From a virus: a stretch of 64,000 nt of DNA. Made by a program: the position numbers and the translations under genes. Every line of letters begins with the position of its first letter. Position 1 is the first letter of the stretch. The notes beneath the pieces were generated by a model. It was not told the DNA's origin. It did no database searches and saw only the letters and a program-made list of their open reading frames with translations. Of this stretch, positions 49,870 to 59,161 are shown piece after piece. Location of the stretch: positions 32,001-96,000 of the IMG/VR virus record IMGVR_UViG_3300017788_000011; one strand, written 5' to 3'.

Positions 49870-51588
49870 ATGAGTTGGAAAAAATACTTTACTCCTGTAA
49901 AAGTTTCCTCATCAGAGGGAAACCTAAGTCCAATTTCTGGTTCTGGATCGCCAGGACCTGCCAAACGAAATTACAGTTCATATCTGCCTGATGTCTACAC
50001 AGGTTCACCAAACCGTATTGAACGTTATATGCAGTATGATACCATGGACATGGATCCAGAAGTAAATGCTGCCTTGGATATCATTGCAGAGTTTTCCACA
50101 CAGAAAAACAAAGAAAACAGCACTCCATTTTCTTTAGAGTTTAAGTCTAAGGCCACTAACAGCGAAATTAAAATTCTCAGAGAATATCTACAGCAGTGGA
50201 GTAAACTACAGAATTTTGAAACACGTATTTTTAGAATAGCAAGAAATGTATTCAAATACGGTGATGCATTTTTTGTCAGAGATCCAGAAACACAAAAGTG
50301 GCATTATATTGACTGCGGCAAAGTTACAAAAATCATTGTCAACGAAAGTGAAGGCAAAGAACCTGAACAGTATGTGATCAGAGATTTAAGTCCAAACTTT
50401 CAAAATCTTGTGGTCACACAGATCAATCCCAACACACAGAATACACAGCCCGGTGGCGCTGCCTATGTGTCAGGAGGCGCAGGCGCAAGAGGCATGGTTG
50501 GAGCATTTCCACAGGTCACTGGCAGTAGATTCAGCACAGAACAAAACGAATTAGCCGTTGACGCCAGACACGTAGTTCATCTAAGTCTATCAGAAGGACT
50601 TGATAACAATTTTCCCTTTGGCAATTCACTGTTAGAATCGGTATTCAAAGTCTACAAGCAGAAAGAACTGCTGGAAGATGCTATTATCATTTACCGTGTA
50701 CAACGTGCTCCAGAGCGTAGAGTATTTTATATTGACGTTGGTAATCTACCCACACACTTGGCCATGAGCTTTGTTGAACGTGTCAAAACAGAAATACATC
50801 AAAGACGTATTCCATCAACCACAGGTGGCGGCACTAATGTAATTGACAGCGCATATAATCCGTTAAGCATTAACGAAGATTATTTCTTCCCACAGACTGC
50901 TGAAGGTCGTGGATCAAAAGTTGACACACTGCCAGGTGGTACTAACCTTGGCGAGATTGACGATTTGCTGTTCTTTACACAGAAACTAATGCGTGGTCTA
51001 CGTATTCCATCAAGTTATCTGCCCACAGGCGCAGAAGATGGTCAGACACAGATGAATGATGGCAGAGTAGGCACAGCATACATTCAAGAATTTAGATTTA
51101 ACAACTATTGTATTAGATTACAGAACTTGATAGCAACTAAGTTTGATCAAGAGTTTAAACTGTATCTGCACAGCAAAGGTGTTAACATTGACAGCACCTT
51201 GTTTGATTTAAAGTTTCAAACTCCTCAAAACTTTGCCGCATATCGTCAAGCAGAAGTTGACAACGCCAGAATTAATACATTTGGCACTATGGTGCAACAG
51301 CCATTTGTTTCTAAGAGATTTGCATTGAAACGTTTCTTAGGTTTAAGCGCAGAAGAAATTGCAGAGAACGAACGACTATGGGCAGAAGAAACAGGCAATA
51401 CACAGCCAACACCCAATGACGCCAGCGGCGAACTGCGTTCAGTTGGTCTAAGTTCTGCTACAATAGAATCAGAACTTGAAGGTGAAACAGCCACAGAAGC
51501 ACCACCAGAAGTAGCAGGCGAAGCAGAAGCAGGAGCCGCACCTCCAGGCGCAGAAACACCACCGCCAGCAACACCAGGCGCCGCATAA
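49870..51588 (+). CDS. gp20: Portal protein, gp20-like
   Basis: LLEDAIIIYRVQRAPERRVFYIDVGNLP, EDYFFP..EGRGSKVDTLPGG.NLGEIDD and LRIPSSYL. Confidence 0.95.
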   Translation: MSWKKYFTPVKVSSSEGNLSPISGSGSPGPAKRNYSSYLPDVYTGSPNRIERYMQYDTMDMDPEVNAALDIIAEFSTQKNKENSTPFSLEFKSKATNSEIKILREYLQQWSKLQNFETRIFRIARNVFKYGDAFFVRDPETQKWHYIDCGKVTKIIVNESEGKEPEQYVIRDLSPNFQNLVVTQINPNTQNTQPGGAAYVSGGAGARGMVGAFPQVTGSRFSTEQNELAVDARHVVHLSLSEGLDNNFPFGNSLLESVFKVYKQKELLEDAIIIYRVQRAPERRVFYIDVGNLPTHLAMSFVERVKTEIHQRRIPSTTGGGTNVIDSAYNPLSINEDYFFPQTAEGRGSKVDTLPGGTNLGEIDDLLFFTQKLMRGLRIPSSYLPTGAEDGQTQMNDGRVGTAYIQEFRFNNYCIRLQNLIATKFDQEFKLYLHSKGVNIDSTLFDLKFQTPQNFAAYRQAEVDNARINTFGTMVQQPFVSKRFALKRFLGLSAEEIAENERLWAEETGNTQPTPNDASGELRSVGLSSATIESELEGETATEAPPEVAGEAEAGAAPPGAETPPPATPGAA

Positions 51589-51596
51589 ATATTTCT

Positions 51597-51836
51597 ATGA
51601 TCCTAAGAGAACTATTTTATTACGACCCTAACACTCGCACAGAAATGCACAATGCGAGATACTCTCCCGACCGCGATGTAAGTTCTCTTAAAAAAGGAGA
51701 CACACGCAAAGTTAGATTAACATTGGGTCAAATTAACGAACTGCGTAAAGCCTCCGATCTTCATATCATTGAACAGGAAAAAGAATTAGAGTTTATTAAA
51801 AAAATGTATGCTCCCCCTGTTCAACCTGCGGCCTAA
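51597..51836 (+). CDS. Small head-module protein
   Basis: 79 aa, begins MILRELF, directly after the portal gene; TAAATA ends 5 nt upstream of the ATG. Confidence 0.7.
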   Translation: MILRELFYYDPNTRTEMHNARYSPDRDVSSLKKGDTRKVRLTLGQINELRKASDLHIIEQEKELEFIKKMYAPPVQPAA

Positions 51837-51875
51837 TTAAAAAAATAAAAGATAAAATACTCAAAAGGAGTTGTT

Positions 51876-52463
51876 TTGTCACGAGCATTTGTATTAGGAA
51901 ACGGCCGTAGTAGACTGAGATTACACATACCAGATATACAGCCTCACGGAAAAATATACGGCTGTAATGCCTTATATAGAGAATATTCACCTGACTATTT
52001 GATAGCAGTAGATCCTAAAATGATCTATGAAATATGCAAAACAGACTATCAAAGAACACACGCAGTATGGACTAATCCCAACAGTAGATACAAAGAATTT
52101 GAAGGGTTAAATTATTTTCAGCCCAGCAAAGGGTGGAGTTCGGGACCCACAGCACTGCTGTTAGCATCAGAACACAAACACAATGAAATATACATCTTTG
52201 GATTTGATTACACAGGAGTAGATGGTAGAGTTAACAACGTTTATGCAGACACTGACAATTATAAAAAGAGTTCAGAACCAGCAACCTATTACGGAAACTG
52301 GATGCGTCAAACAGAGACCATTATAAAATCTAATCCTAAAACTAAATACTTTAGAATAGTTGACCAGAAGTACTTTGATACTGGCTGGGACAAATTATCT
52401 AATCTACATGTTGTAACCTATGAGGATTTCTTTACAAGAGTAAAAAATTGGGAGAAATCTTAA
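51876..52463 (+). CDS. Glycosyltransferase-like Rossmann protein (DUF115/MptE/Maf-like)
   Basis: FVLGNGRSR, YGCNALYR..PDYLIAVD, SSG..A and IYIFGFD; TTG start with SD AAGGAG. Confidence 0.6.
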   Translation: MSRAFVLGNGRSRLRLHIPDIQPHGKIYGCNALYREYSPDYLIAVDPKMIYEICKTDYQRTHAVWTNPNSRYKEFEGLNYFQPSKGWSSGPTALLLASEHKHNEIYIFGFDYTGVDGRVNNVYADTDNYKKSSEPATYYGNWMRQTETIIKSNPKTKYFRIVDQKYFDTGWDKLSNLHVVTYEDFFTRVKNWEKS

Positions 52464-52552
52464 AAAGAGGCGATTTTTCGCCTATATCTACATATATTTT
52501 TCCCGTAACATTAAATACATCGACAGCCTTGCCAATTGAAAAGGAGAAAAAC

Positions 52553-53368
52553 ATGACTGATCGCGCAAAATTCGAGCAGATGCTTGAATATCTAATTAAT
52601 GAAGAAAAAGAAAAAGCCCAAGAGCTTTTCCATGAAATCGTGGTAGAAAAATCACGTGAAATTTACGAAGGTTTACTTGAAGATGAACTTGAGGATCTTG
52701 AAGTAAGCGAAGGCTCCGACGAAGAAGTTGATGAGTCCACAGACGAAGAAATCGAAGAAGGTCAAGACGAAGAAGTTGATGAGAACTTTGGATTTGCCGA
52801 AGCCGATGACGAGATGGAAGCAGACCCCACAGACGACATGATGGGTGATGTAGAAGCCGGTGACGATATGGGTGACGAAGAAGGTGGCGAAGACGAGTTT
52901 GGTGGTGAAGAAGGCGGTGAAGAGCCTGTGACACAAGACGACTTAGAGTCTGCACTTGATGATTTAAGAGCTGAGTTTGAAGCCATGTTAGATGGTGAAG
53001 AAGGCGGCGAAGAAGAAGAAGGCGAAGAAAAAGAAGAAAGTTTTGTTCGCGAATATGTAGAAAAAGTAAGTGCTGGCCATGGCGCTGAGAAAAAAGGTTC
53101 TGGTGAATCAAATGTTAATTCAAAATCACCTGTAGCCGGTAAGAATGACATGGGCGGAACTACTGGAAACATCGCTAAAGGCGGTGAAGGTGGCGGTAAA
53201 GAGGCAGGTTTAAGCAGTAACCAGCCAAAAGACATGAACACTGGAAATGTTAACACACCAGGTTCTAAAAATGCTACTAAAATGAGCAGTGTTAGTAAGG
53301 GTCACGGGGCCGAGAAAAAAGGTGCCGGTGAACAGGCTGCTAATACCAAAAGCACTATTGGATCTTAA
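52553..53368 (+). CDS. Highly acidic prohead core-like protein
   Basis: Start re-assigned to ATG 52553 (SD AAGGAG, TAAATA 52512-52517). E/D-rich, several LxE/IxE sites, directly upstream of the protease gene. Confidence 0.7.
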   Translation: MTDRAKFEQMLEYLINEEKEKAQELFHEIVVEKSREIYEGLLEDELEDLEVSEGSDEEVDESTDEEIEEGQDEEVDENFGFAEADDEMEADPTDDMMGDVEAGDDMGDEEGGEDEFGGEEGGEEPVTQDDLESALDDLRAEFEAMLDGEEGGEEEEGEEKEESFVREYVEKVSAGHGAEKKGSGESNVNSKSPVAGKNDMGGTTGNIAKGGEGGGKEAGLSSNQPKDMNTGNVNTPGSKNATKMSSVSKGHGAEKKGAGEQAANTKSTIGS

Positions 53369-53372
53369 TTAG

Positions 53373-54005
53373 ATGAGCCTTTATCTTCGAGAGAATTTAA
53401 GTTTTGATCAGGCCCGAATAGTTTTAGAATCAGACGGACCTGATGGAAACAAAAATCTATACATGAAGGGTATTTGTATTCAAGGCGGTGTGCGCAACGC
53501 AAATCAGCGTGTGTATCCTGTTCAAGAAATAGCAAGGGCTGTCAAAACCTTAAACGAACAAATTCATGGCGGATATAGTGTTCTCGGAGAAGTAGACCAT
53601 CCAGATGATCTAAAAATTAACCTGGACCGTGTCAGCCACATGATCACTGAAATGTGGATGGAAGGTCCTAATGGTTACGGAAAGATGAAAATCCTTCCAA
53701 CGCCAATGGGCAAACTAATTGAAACAATGATAACCAGCGGAGTAAAATTAGGAGTGTCCAGTAGAGGATCGGGAAACGTCCAGGAGGACGGATCCGGTGA
53801 AGTTAGCGACTTTGAGATTATCACAATCGATGTAGTTGCACAACCCAGTGCTCCGGGAGCATATCCTACGCCTATCTATGAACATTTAATGAATACCAAG
53901 GGTGGATTTAGAAGTCTACAGATGGCACAAGAAGTAAGAAATGACCCTAAAGCACAGCAATATCTAAAAGAGAGTCTTTTAGGTATTATTAGCAGGCTCC
54001 AGTAA
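53373..54005 (+). CDS. gp21: Prohead protease, gp21-like
   Basis: NANQRVYP, LGEVDHP, VSHMI, LGVSSRGSG and DVVAQPSAPGAY. Confidence 0.95.
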   Translation: MSLYLRENLSFDQARIVLESDGPDGNKNLYMKGICIQGGVRNANQRVYPVQEIARAVKTLNEQIHGGYSVLGEVDHPDDLKINLDRVSHMITEMWMEGPNGYGKMKILPTPMGKLIETMITSGVKLGVSSRGSGNVQEDGSGEVSDFEIITIDVVAQPSAPGAYPTPIYEHLMNTKGGFRSLQMAQEVRNDPKAQQYLKESLLGIISRLQ

Positions 54006-54019
54006 AGAGGAGAATCACA

Positions 54020-55105
54020 ATGTTGGACGCACTAAAAACGTTATTTGAAAACAATGTGATTTCTGAGGAGATCAAAGTTTCAATCCAGGAAGCATGGGAT
54101 CAAAAAATCGCAGAAAATCGCGATCAAGTAACTATGCAACTTAGAGAAGAGTTTGCTCAAAAATATGAGCATGACAAATCTGTAATGGTTGAAGCAATTG
54201 ATCGTATGCTCACCGATAGACTGCACAGTGAAATTGAAGAATTTAAAGAAGATCGTGAAAGTCTTGCAGAACAGAAGGCAAAATATGCAATTGCTGTTCG
54301 CGAGCATTCAGACAAACTAAAACAGTTTGTATTTGGTCAACTTAAAGAAGAAGTATCTCAATTACACGATGACCAGAAAGCCATGGCAAATAATTTTGCC
54401 AAGCTCGAAGAGTTTATCATTGAAGCACTTGCCAAAGAAATTTCAGAGTTCCAATACGATAAAAAAGATTTAGCAGAAACTAAAGTTCGTCTTATTCGTG
54501 AAGCCAAAGTTCAATTTAAAAACCTCAAGCAAAACTTCGTTAAGAAGAGTGCCGGTTTAGTTGAATCTGTTGTTGAAAGCACACTAAAAGGTGAAATCAA
54601 ACAACTCAAAGAAGATATCGAGGCAGCACGTAAAAACGACTTTGGACGCAAGTTATTCGAAGCATTTTCTTCCGAATATCAAAACAGTTATCTCAATGAA
54701 AAATCTGAAACTTCAAAACTTTTAAAAGTTATTGATTTAAAAGATGTAGTAATTGCTGAAACCAAGGCAGACCTAAACAAAGTAAAAGGACTTGTTGAAT
54801 CTAAAGAGCAAGAAATTGTTCGTATTAAAGAGACACAAGAACGTCAGGCAACCATGCATGAACTTCTTTCTCCTTTAGGCAAGGATCAACAGGAAATCAT
54901 GACAGAATTATTAGAAAGTGTACAGACCCATAAGTTAAGAATTGCTTATGACAAGTACCTGCCAGCAGTTATCGCAGGCAACGCTCCCAAGAAGAAGGCA
55001 CTTACAGAGGCAAAAGAAATTACAGGCAATAAACAATCCAACAGCGCGATCGGCACTGGCAAAGTAGCCGAAATCATTGACATACGCCGCTTAGCCGGTC
55101 TATAA
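54020..55105 (+). CDS. gp22: Prohead scaffolding protein, gp22-like
   Basis: Coiled-coil, E/K-rich, located between the protease and major capsid genes. Confidence 0.8.
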   Translation: MLDALKTLFENNVISEEIKVSIQEAWDQKIAENRDQVTMQLREEFAQKYEHDKSVMVEAIDRMLTDRLHSEIEEFKEDRESLAEQKAKYAIAVREHSDKLKQFVFGQLKEEVSQLHDDQKAMANNFAKLEEFIIEALAKEISEFQYDKKDLAETKVRLIREAKVQFKNLKQNFVKKSAGLVESVVESTLKGEIKQLKEDIEAARKNDFGRKLFEAFSSEYQNSYLNEKSETSKLLKVIDLKDVVIAETKADLNKVKGLVESKEQEIVRIKETQERQATMHELLSPLGKDQQEIMTELLESVQTHKLRIAYDKYLPAVIAGNAPKKKALTEAKEITGNKQSNSAIGTGKVAEIIDIRRLAGL

Positions 55106-55117
55106 AAGGAGAAAGAA

Positions 55118-56287
55118 ATGTCAGAACTATTAGAATCACGCTGGCAGGAAACCAAAGAGGCACTTTTAGAAGGCCTACAAGGTACTAAAAAGTCAGTAAT
55201 GGCAGTTACACTCGAGAATACTCGCAAGCATCTCGTTGAAACCGCTACTGCTGGTGCTACTTCTGCCGGTAACGTTGCAACCCTAAATCGTGTGATCCTC
55301 CCAGTGATCAGACGTGTAATGCCAACAGTCATTGCTAATGAACTTGTTGGTGTACAACCAATGACTGGACCAGTTGGACAGATCCATACTCTACGTGTTA
55401 GATATGCTGACTCTGCTGACGGTGTAGCCGCAGGTGAAGAGGCTCTAAGCCCATTCAAAATTGCTGCCGCTTATTCAGGTAACAACACTGATGCTACTCC
55501 AAAGGCTTCTGCTACAGCAGCCTTAGAAGGTGCGGCAGGTAAGCGTTTAAGCATTCAGATTCTCAAACAAACAGTTGAAGCAAAGACACGTAAATTGTCT
55601 GCTCGCTGGACATTTGAGGCTGCTCAAGATGCACAAGCTCAACAAGGCATTGACATCGAAGCAGAAATCATGGCTGCTTTAGCACAAGAAATCACAGCAG
55701 AGATCGACCAAGAAGTTCTTGCTTCTTTACGTACTCTTGCTGGTACAGCATCTCAGACATATGATCAGGCTGCTGTTAGCGGTACAGCCACATTCGTTGG
55801 TGACGAACATGCCGCATTAGCAGTTCAAATCAACCGCGTTGCTAACTTAATTGCTCAGCGTACACGTCGTGGCGCTGGTAACTATGCAGTTGTTAGCCCA
55901 TTTGCATTAACAATTCTTCAAAGTGCTACAACTTCTGCTTTCGCAAGAACAACAGAAGGTACATTCGAAGCACCAACAAACACCAAGTTCGTTGGTACAT
56001 TGAACAGCGCAATGAAAGTATATGTTGATTCATATGCAAGTGATAGCACAGCCGTTCTTATCGGCTACAAAGGTTCAAGCGAGAGCGATGCTCCTGCATT
56101 CTACTGCCCATACATTCCATTGATGAGCAGTGGTGTTGTGCTTGATCCATCAACCTTCGAACCAGTCGTGAGCTTTATGACACGCTACGGTTACGTGGAA
56201 CTCAGCAACACAGCATCATCTCTTGGTAATGCTGCTGACTACCTTGGTAAGGTTGACATCACAAGCGGTAACGTTAAGTTTAGTTAA
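55118..56287 (+). CDS. gp23: Major capsid protein, gp23-like
   Basis: ELVGVQPMTGPVGQI, AKTRKLSARWTFEAAQD, EITAEIDQE, FYCPYIPL and FMTRYG. Confidence 0.96.
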   Translation: MSELLESRWQETKEALLEGLQGTKKSVMAVTLENTRKHLVETATAGATSAGNVATLNRVILPVIRRVMPTVIANELVGVQPMTGPVGQIHTLRVRYADSADGVAAGEEALSPFKIAAAYSGNNTDATPKASATAALEGAAGKRLSIQILKQTVEAKTRKLSARWTFEAAQDAQAQQGIDIEAEIMAALAQEITAEIDQEVLASLRTLAGTASQTYDQAAVSGTATFVGDEHAALAVQINRVANLIAQRTRRGAGNYAVVSPFALTILQSATTSAFARTTEGTFEAPTNTKFVGTLNSAMKVYVDSYASDSTAVLIGYKGSSESDAPAFYCPYIPLMSSGVVLDPSTFEPVVSFMTRYGYVELSNTASSLGNAADYLGKVDITSGNVKFS

Positions 56288-56309
56288 TCCACTGGATTTT
56301 CAAAACTTC

Positions 56310-56343
56310 AAAAGAGCGAGTATAAAACTCGCTCTTTTTTTTT
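56310..56343 (+). terminator. Rho-independent terminator after the major capsid gene
   Basis: AAAAGAGCGAGT-ataaa-ACTCGCTC followed by a long T run. Confidence 0.9.
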
Positions 56344-56361
56344 ACGGGTAAATATAACACT

Positions 56362-56865
56362 ATGTTAACAAAGTGGCAAACACCAAGAATAATCACACAA
56401 GATCAAACAGACACTGAAGCAGTACAGTGGAAAAGTCTAAACCTCGGAGTTGAAGATCAATATATCCACACTGTGAAAGAGTTGTATAGAATTTCTCTGG
56501 CTTCTGAAGATTACATCAGCAATTATACAGCCCTGTTGAATTTTACAGATTTTAATTTTAATGTATCTGGAGTAGTACAGGGTATTGAATTAGAATTTCA
56601 ATCTCAACGATTAAGTAGAATTTCTGATAAAGTTGTACAACTTGTTTACAACGGAGAATTAATTGGCACTAATCAAAAATTAGAAATATCTGAAAATAGA
56701 CAAATCTACGGATCATCCACAGCGTCATGGGGCGCAGAATTAAACCCAACTGTGGTTAACAGCAGTACATTTGGAGTTGCTATACAACTCGAAGCCAACA
56801 AGACCACCCCGTTCAGTGAACTTGCTTACATTGATTATGTAAGGCTGCGTGTTCATTATACCTAA
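56362..56865 (+). CDS. Hypothetical virion-associated protein
   Basis: 167 aa, beta-rich, ends YIDYVRLRVHY; TAAATA ends 7 nt upstream. Confidence 0.65.
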   Translation: MLTKWQTPRIITQDQTDTEAVQWKSLNLGVEDQYIHTVKELYRISLASEDYISNYTALLNFTDFNFNVSGVVQGIELEFQSQRLSRISDKVVQLVYNGELIGTNQKLEISENRQIYGSSTASWGAELNPTVVNSSTFGVAIQLEANKTTPFSELAYIDYVRLRVHYT

Positions 56866-56972
56866 TTGAGATATTGATAAATACTTTGTCTAATAATGAG
56901 CGCCGCAATGTCTGCGGACTTATGCAGTAACCCACTGCGTAGACCTAAAACGTCAACATAAGGAGAAAACAA

Positions 56973-57359
56973 ATGGGACGTCCATTGAGAAAAGATAGAT
57001 TAGGTACCGATGTCATCGGTACATTTGCCAGCAACACAGGTATTCGTGTAGAGTTTTATGATGCATCATTGAGAACAGACGGTGTTATTATCAAACAACG
57101 CGGTGCAAAAACATTTGTAGTTTGTCAAGTAGGCAACATTGGCACAACTACATCATATACTACCGCAGTATTAAAGAATGGTGCACCAAGTGCTGCCAAC
57201 GAAATGCGTTTGTTTGGGTACAATACTTCTAACTCAGGCGCAGTAGTTAATATTGCAAAAATTACCAAGCGTGTTGCTACAGATTTCAGCGGCAATCGTT
57301 ACACATGGAACTTAGAAAACGATTCATCTAACGACTACATTGTATTAACAGCAATCTAA
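56973..57359 (+). CDS. Putative virion structural protein
   Basis: MGRPL N-terminus and IIKQRGAKTF; strong SD with a late promoter and structured leader. Confidence 0.65.
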   Translation: MGRPLRKDRLGTDVIGTFASNTGIRVEFYDASLRTDGVIIKQRGAKTFVVCQVGNIGTTTSYTTAVLKNGAPSAANEMRLFGYNTSNSGAVVNIAKITKRVATDFSGNRYTWNLENDSSNDYIVLTAI

Positions 57360-57371
57360 TTTTAAAATAAT

Positions 57372-58274
57372 ATGTCAAGAGTACTTAGAGTAGATGGCGG
57401 TAACTATAAGGTTATCGTACAAAGCGGCGGAAGTATTACATTAGATACTGGCATAGAAACCGGTGAAGTAGTAGTCACTGGTGATCTGCGAGTATTAGGT
57501 AATACTACCACTGTTAATTCTGAAAATTTAAGTATTAGAGATAATTTAATTATTTTAAATCAAGGAGAAACTGGCGCTGGTGTTACCTTAGGTACAGCCG
57601 GTGTTCAAATTGATCGAGGAACAGCGTCTGCGGCGCAGATGCTGTTTGACGAAAGCAACGATCAATTTAGTTTTGGATTCGCCAGCGGCACATTGGCAAG
57701 AATAAGAGCGACCGGAGTATTAACTGGCGGTCAAAATTTACTGTTAATTGGCACAGGCAACGGAGTTATTTCTGTAGCAGGAACTAACGACTACGAAACA
57801 AAAGTCACAGACGATGATCATATACCTAACAGAAAGTTTGTTGTAGACACAGTTGCAGCCGCAACATTCTCTGCTGTTGGTGTTGATGATACCAGAATTA
57901 CCTTTACAGAAGAATTTGTCGGAGATCCGTTCAGTTCTATTGTAATGACTGTAGACGGAAGTTTAAAATTTAGATTAACTGACAACACATTAGATTTGTT
58001 AGGTATTGTAATTGACGACAATACCATTAGATCAAACCCCAGCAACGAGTCATTGATTCTTGAGTCAAACGGTACAGCACCTGTTACTATGAATAGTCCT
58101 TTGGAAATAACCAATGTTGGTTATAACCCAACTGCAAGAATTAATTCTAATATTTTATACTCAACTGCAACCATAGGAACAGGTGGAACAGGACTGTATG
58201 TTGTAAATAGTGCTAAGAGAGACGAGTTAGCAAGCAAAACTGGAGCATTATACTACAGTTTGGTATTTTATTAA
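57372..58274 (+). CDS. Putative fibre/structural protein
   Basis: GDLRVLGNTTTVNSENLSIRDNLIILN motif, similar to part of 13091-14929. Confidence 0.65.
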   Translation: MSRVLRVDGGNYKVIVQSGGSITLDTGIETGEVVVTGDLRVLGNTTTVNSENLSIRDNLIILNQGETGAGVTLGTAGVQIDRGTASAAQMLFDESNDQFSFGFASGTLARIRATGVLTGGQNLLLIGTGNGVISVAGTNDYETKVTDDDHIPNRKFVVDTVAAATFSAVGVDDTRITFTEEFVGDPFSSIVMTVDGSLKFRLTDNTLDLLGIVIDDNTIRSNPSNESLILESNGTAPVTMNSPLEITNVGYNPTARINSNILYSTATIGTGGTGLYVVNSAKRDELASKTGALYYSLVFY

Positions 58275-58286
58275 GGACAACTTAGA

Positions 58287-58625
58287 ATGGCACTACAGAA
58301 TTCATTAATCACAAGTAGCGGTACTACAATATATCAGAATACAACCGGCGGTAATGTCGCTATCACCTGCATTATTTTTTGTAACAGAGAACCAGTTAAT
58401 CCAATTGACGACGAACATGGCTTAACTTTTTTAACCATGTATGCAATATCTACTGGAGGTTCTCCAGGTGTAAACAACATTGTAGTTAATGCGCTCCCAG
58501 TTCCTGCCAGCGAAACAGTGACTTTTGATCACGAAAGATTTATTCTTGCACCTGGTGATAAATTAATTGCCAGCTCATCAAGCCCTGAATTCTTATCTTG
58601 CACAGTGAGTTGGAGTGCAGTGTAA
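58287..58625 (+). CDS. Small structural protein, paralogue of 61708-62037
   Basis: Similar size and shared C-terminal pattern PA......E..IL......L.......VSW. Confidence 0.65.
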   Translation: MALQNSLITSSGTTIYQNTTGGNVAITCIIFCNREPVNPIDDEHGLTFLTMYAISTGGSPGVNNIVVNALPVPASETVTFDHERFILAPGDKLIASSSSPEFLSCTVSWSAV

Positions 58626-59134
58626 TGCGATTTCTAAGAAAAAATTCTCTGATTTTTAGAAACGCCAGATCAAATAAACTGGCTGTATCGGCATTTGGGG
58701 AAATCATCATGGATACTACACGATCCGTGAGAGTGCCCCGAGGTGAAACCAACGATCGGCCGACACGACCAGAAAACGGCCAAATTAGATATAACACTTC
58801 AACTAATCAACTTGAAGCCTATGCACAAAACTCTTGGAGAGTTATTAGATTCAAAGAATCTGGTACTATCACACAACAAACACTGGGCATAGGAGACGCC
58901 AGCGAAACAGTGTTTGGACCTTTGAATCCTGCACCCCCAAGTGTCAGTCAAAGTGGATCAGCATGGGGCGGCCAAAATCTCGTTGTCTTAGTAGAAAACG
59001 TATATCAACTTTTTAATACTAACTATCTCGTTATACAAAATCCACCAGGTAGAGATCCTGGTTATTATCTTGAATTTCTTGGACCAGTGCCCTACGGTAA
59101 ACCAGTCACAGTTTTACACGGCTTTGATCAATAA
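58625..59134 (+). CDS. Putative structural protein
   Basis: Start re-assigned to ATG 58625 (TAATG overlap). VPRGETNDRP...GQIRYNT...LE motif shared with the next two genes. Confidence 0.65.
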   Translation: MRFLRKNSLIFRNARSNKLAVSAFGEIIMDTTRSVRVPRGETNDRPTRPENGQIRYNTSTNQLEAYAQNSWRVIRFKESGTITQQTLGIGDASETVFGPLNPAPPSVSQSGSAWGGQNLVVLVENVYQLFNTNYLVIQNPPGRDPGYYLEFLGPVPYGKPVTVLHGFDQ

Positions 59135-59161
59135 ATATTAGTATAGACTCAAGGAGCGTGT

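Noticed and set aside
52448-52552. N-terminal extension of the 306-aa ORF
   Set aside because: It spans the late promoter and SD; the true start is more likely ATG 52553.
56888-56944. Hammerhead ribozyme-like three-way junction
   Set aside because: The core CUGANGA and GAAA nucleotides are absent.
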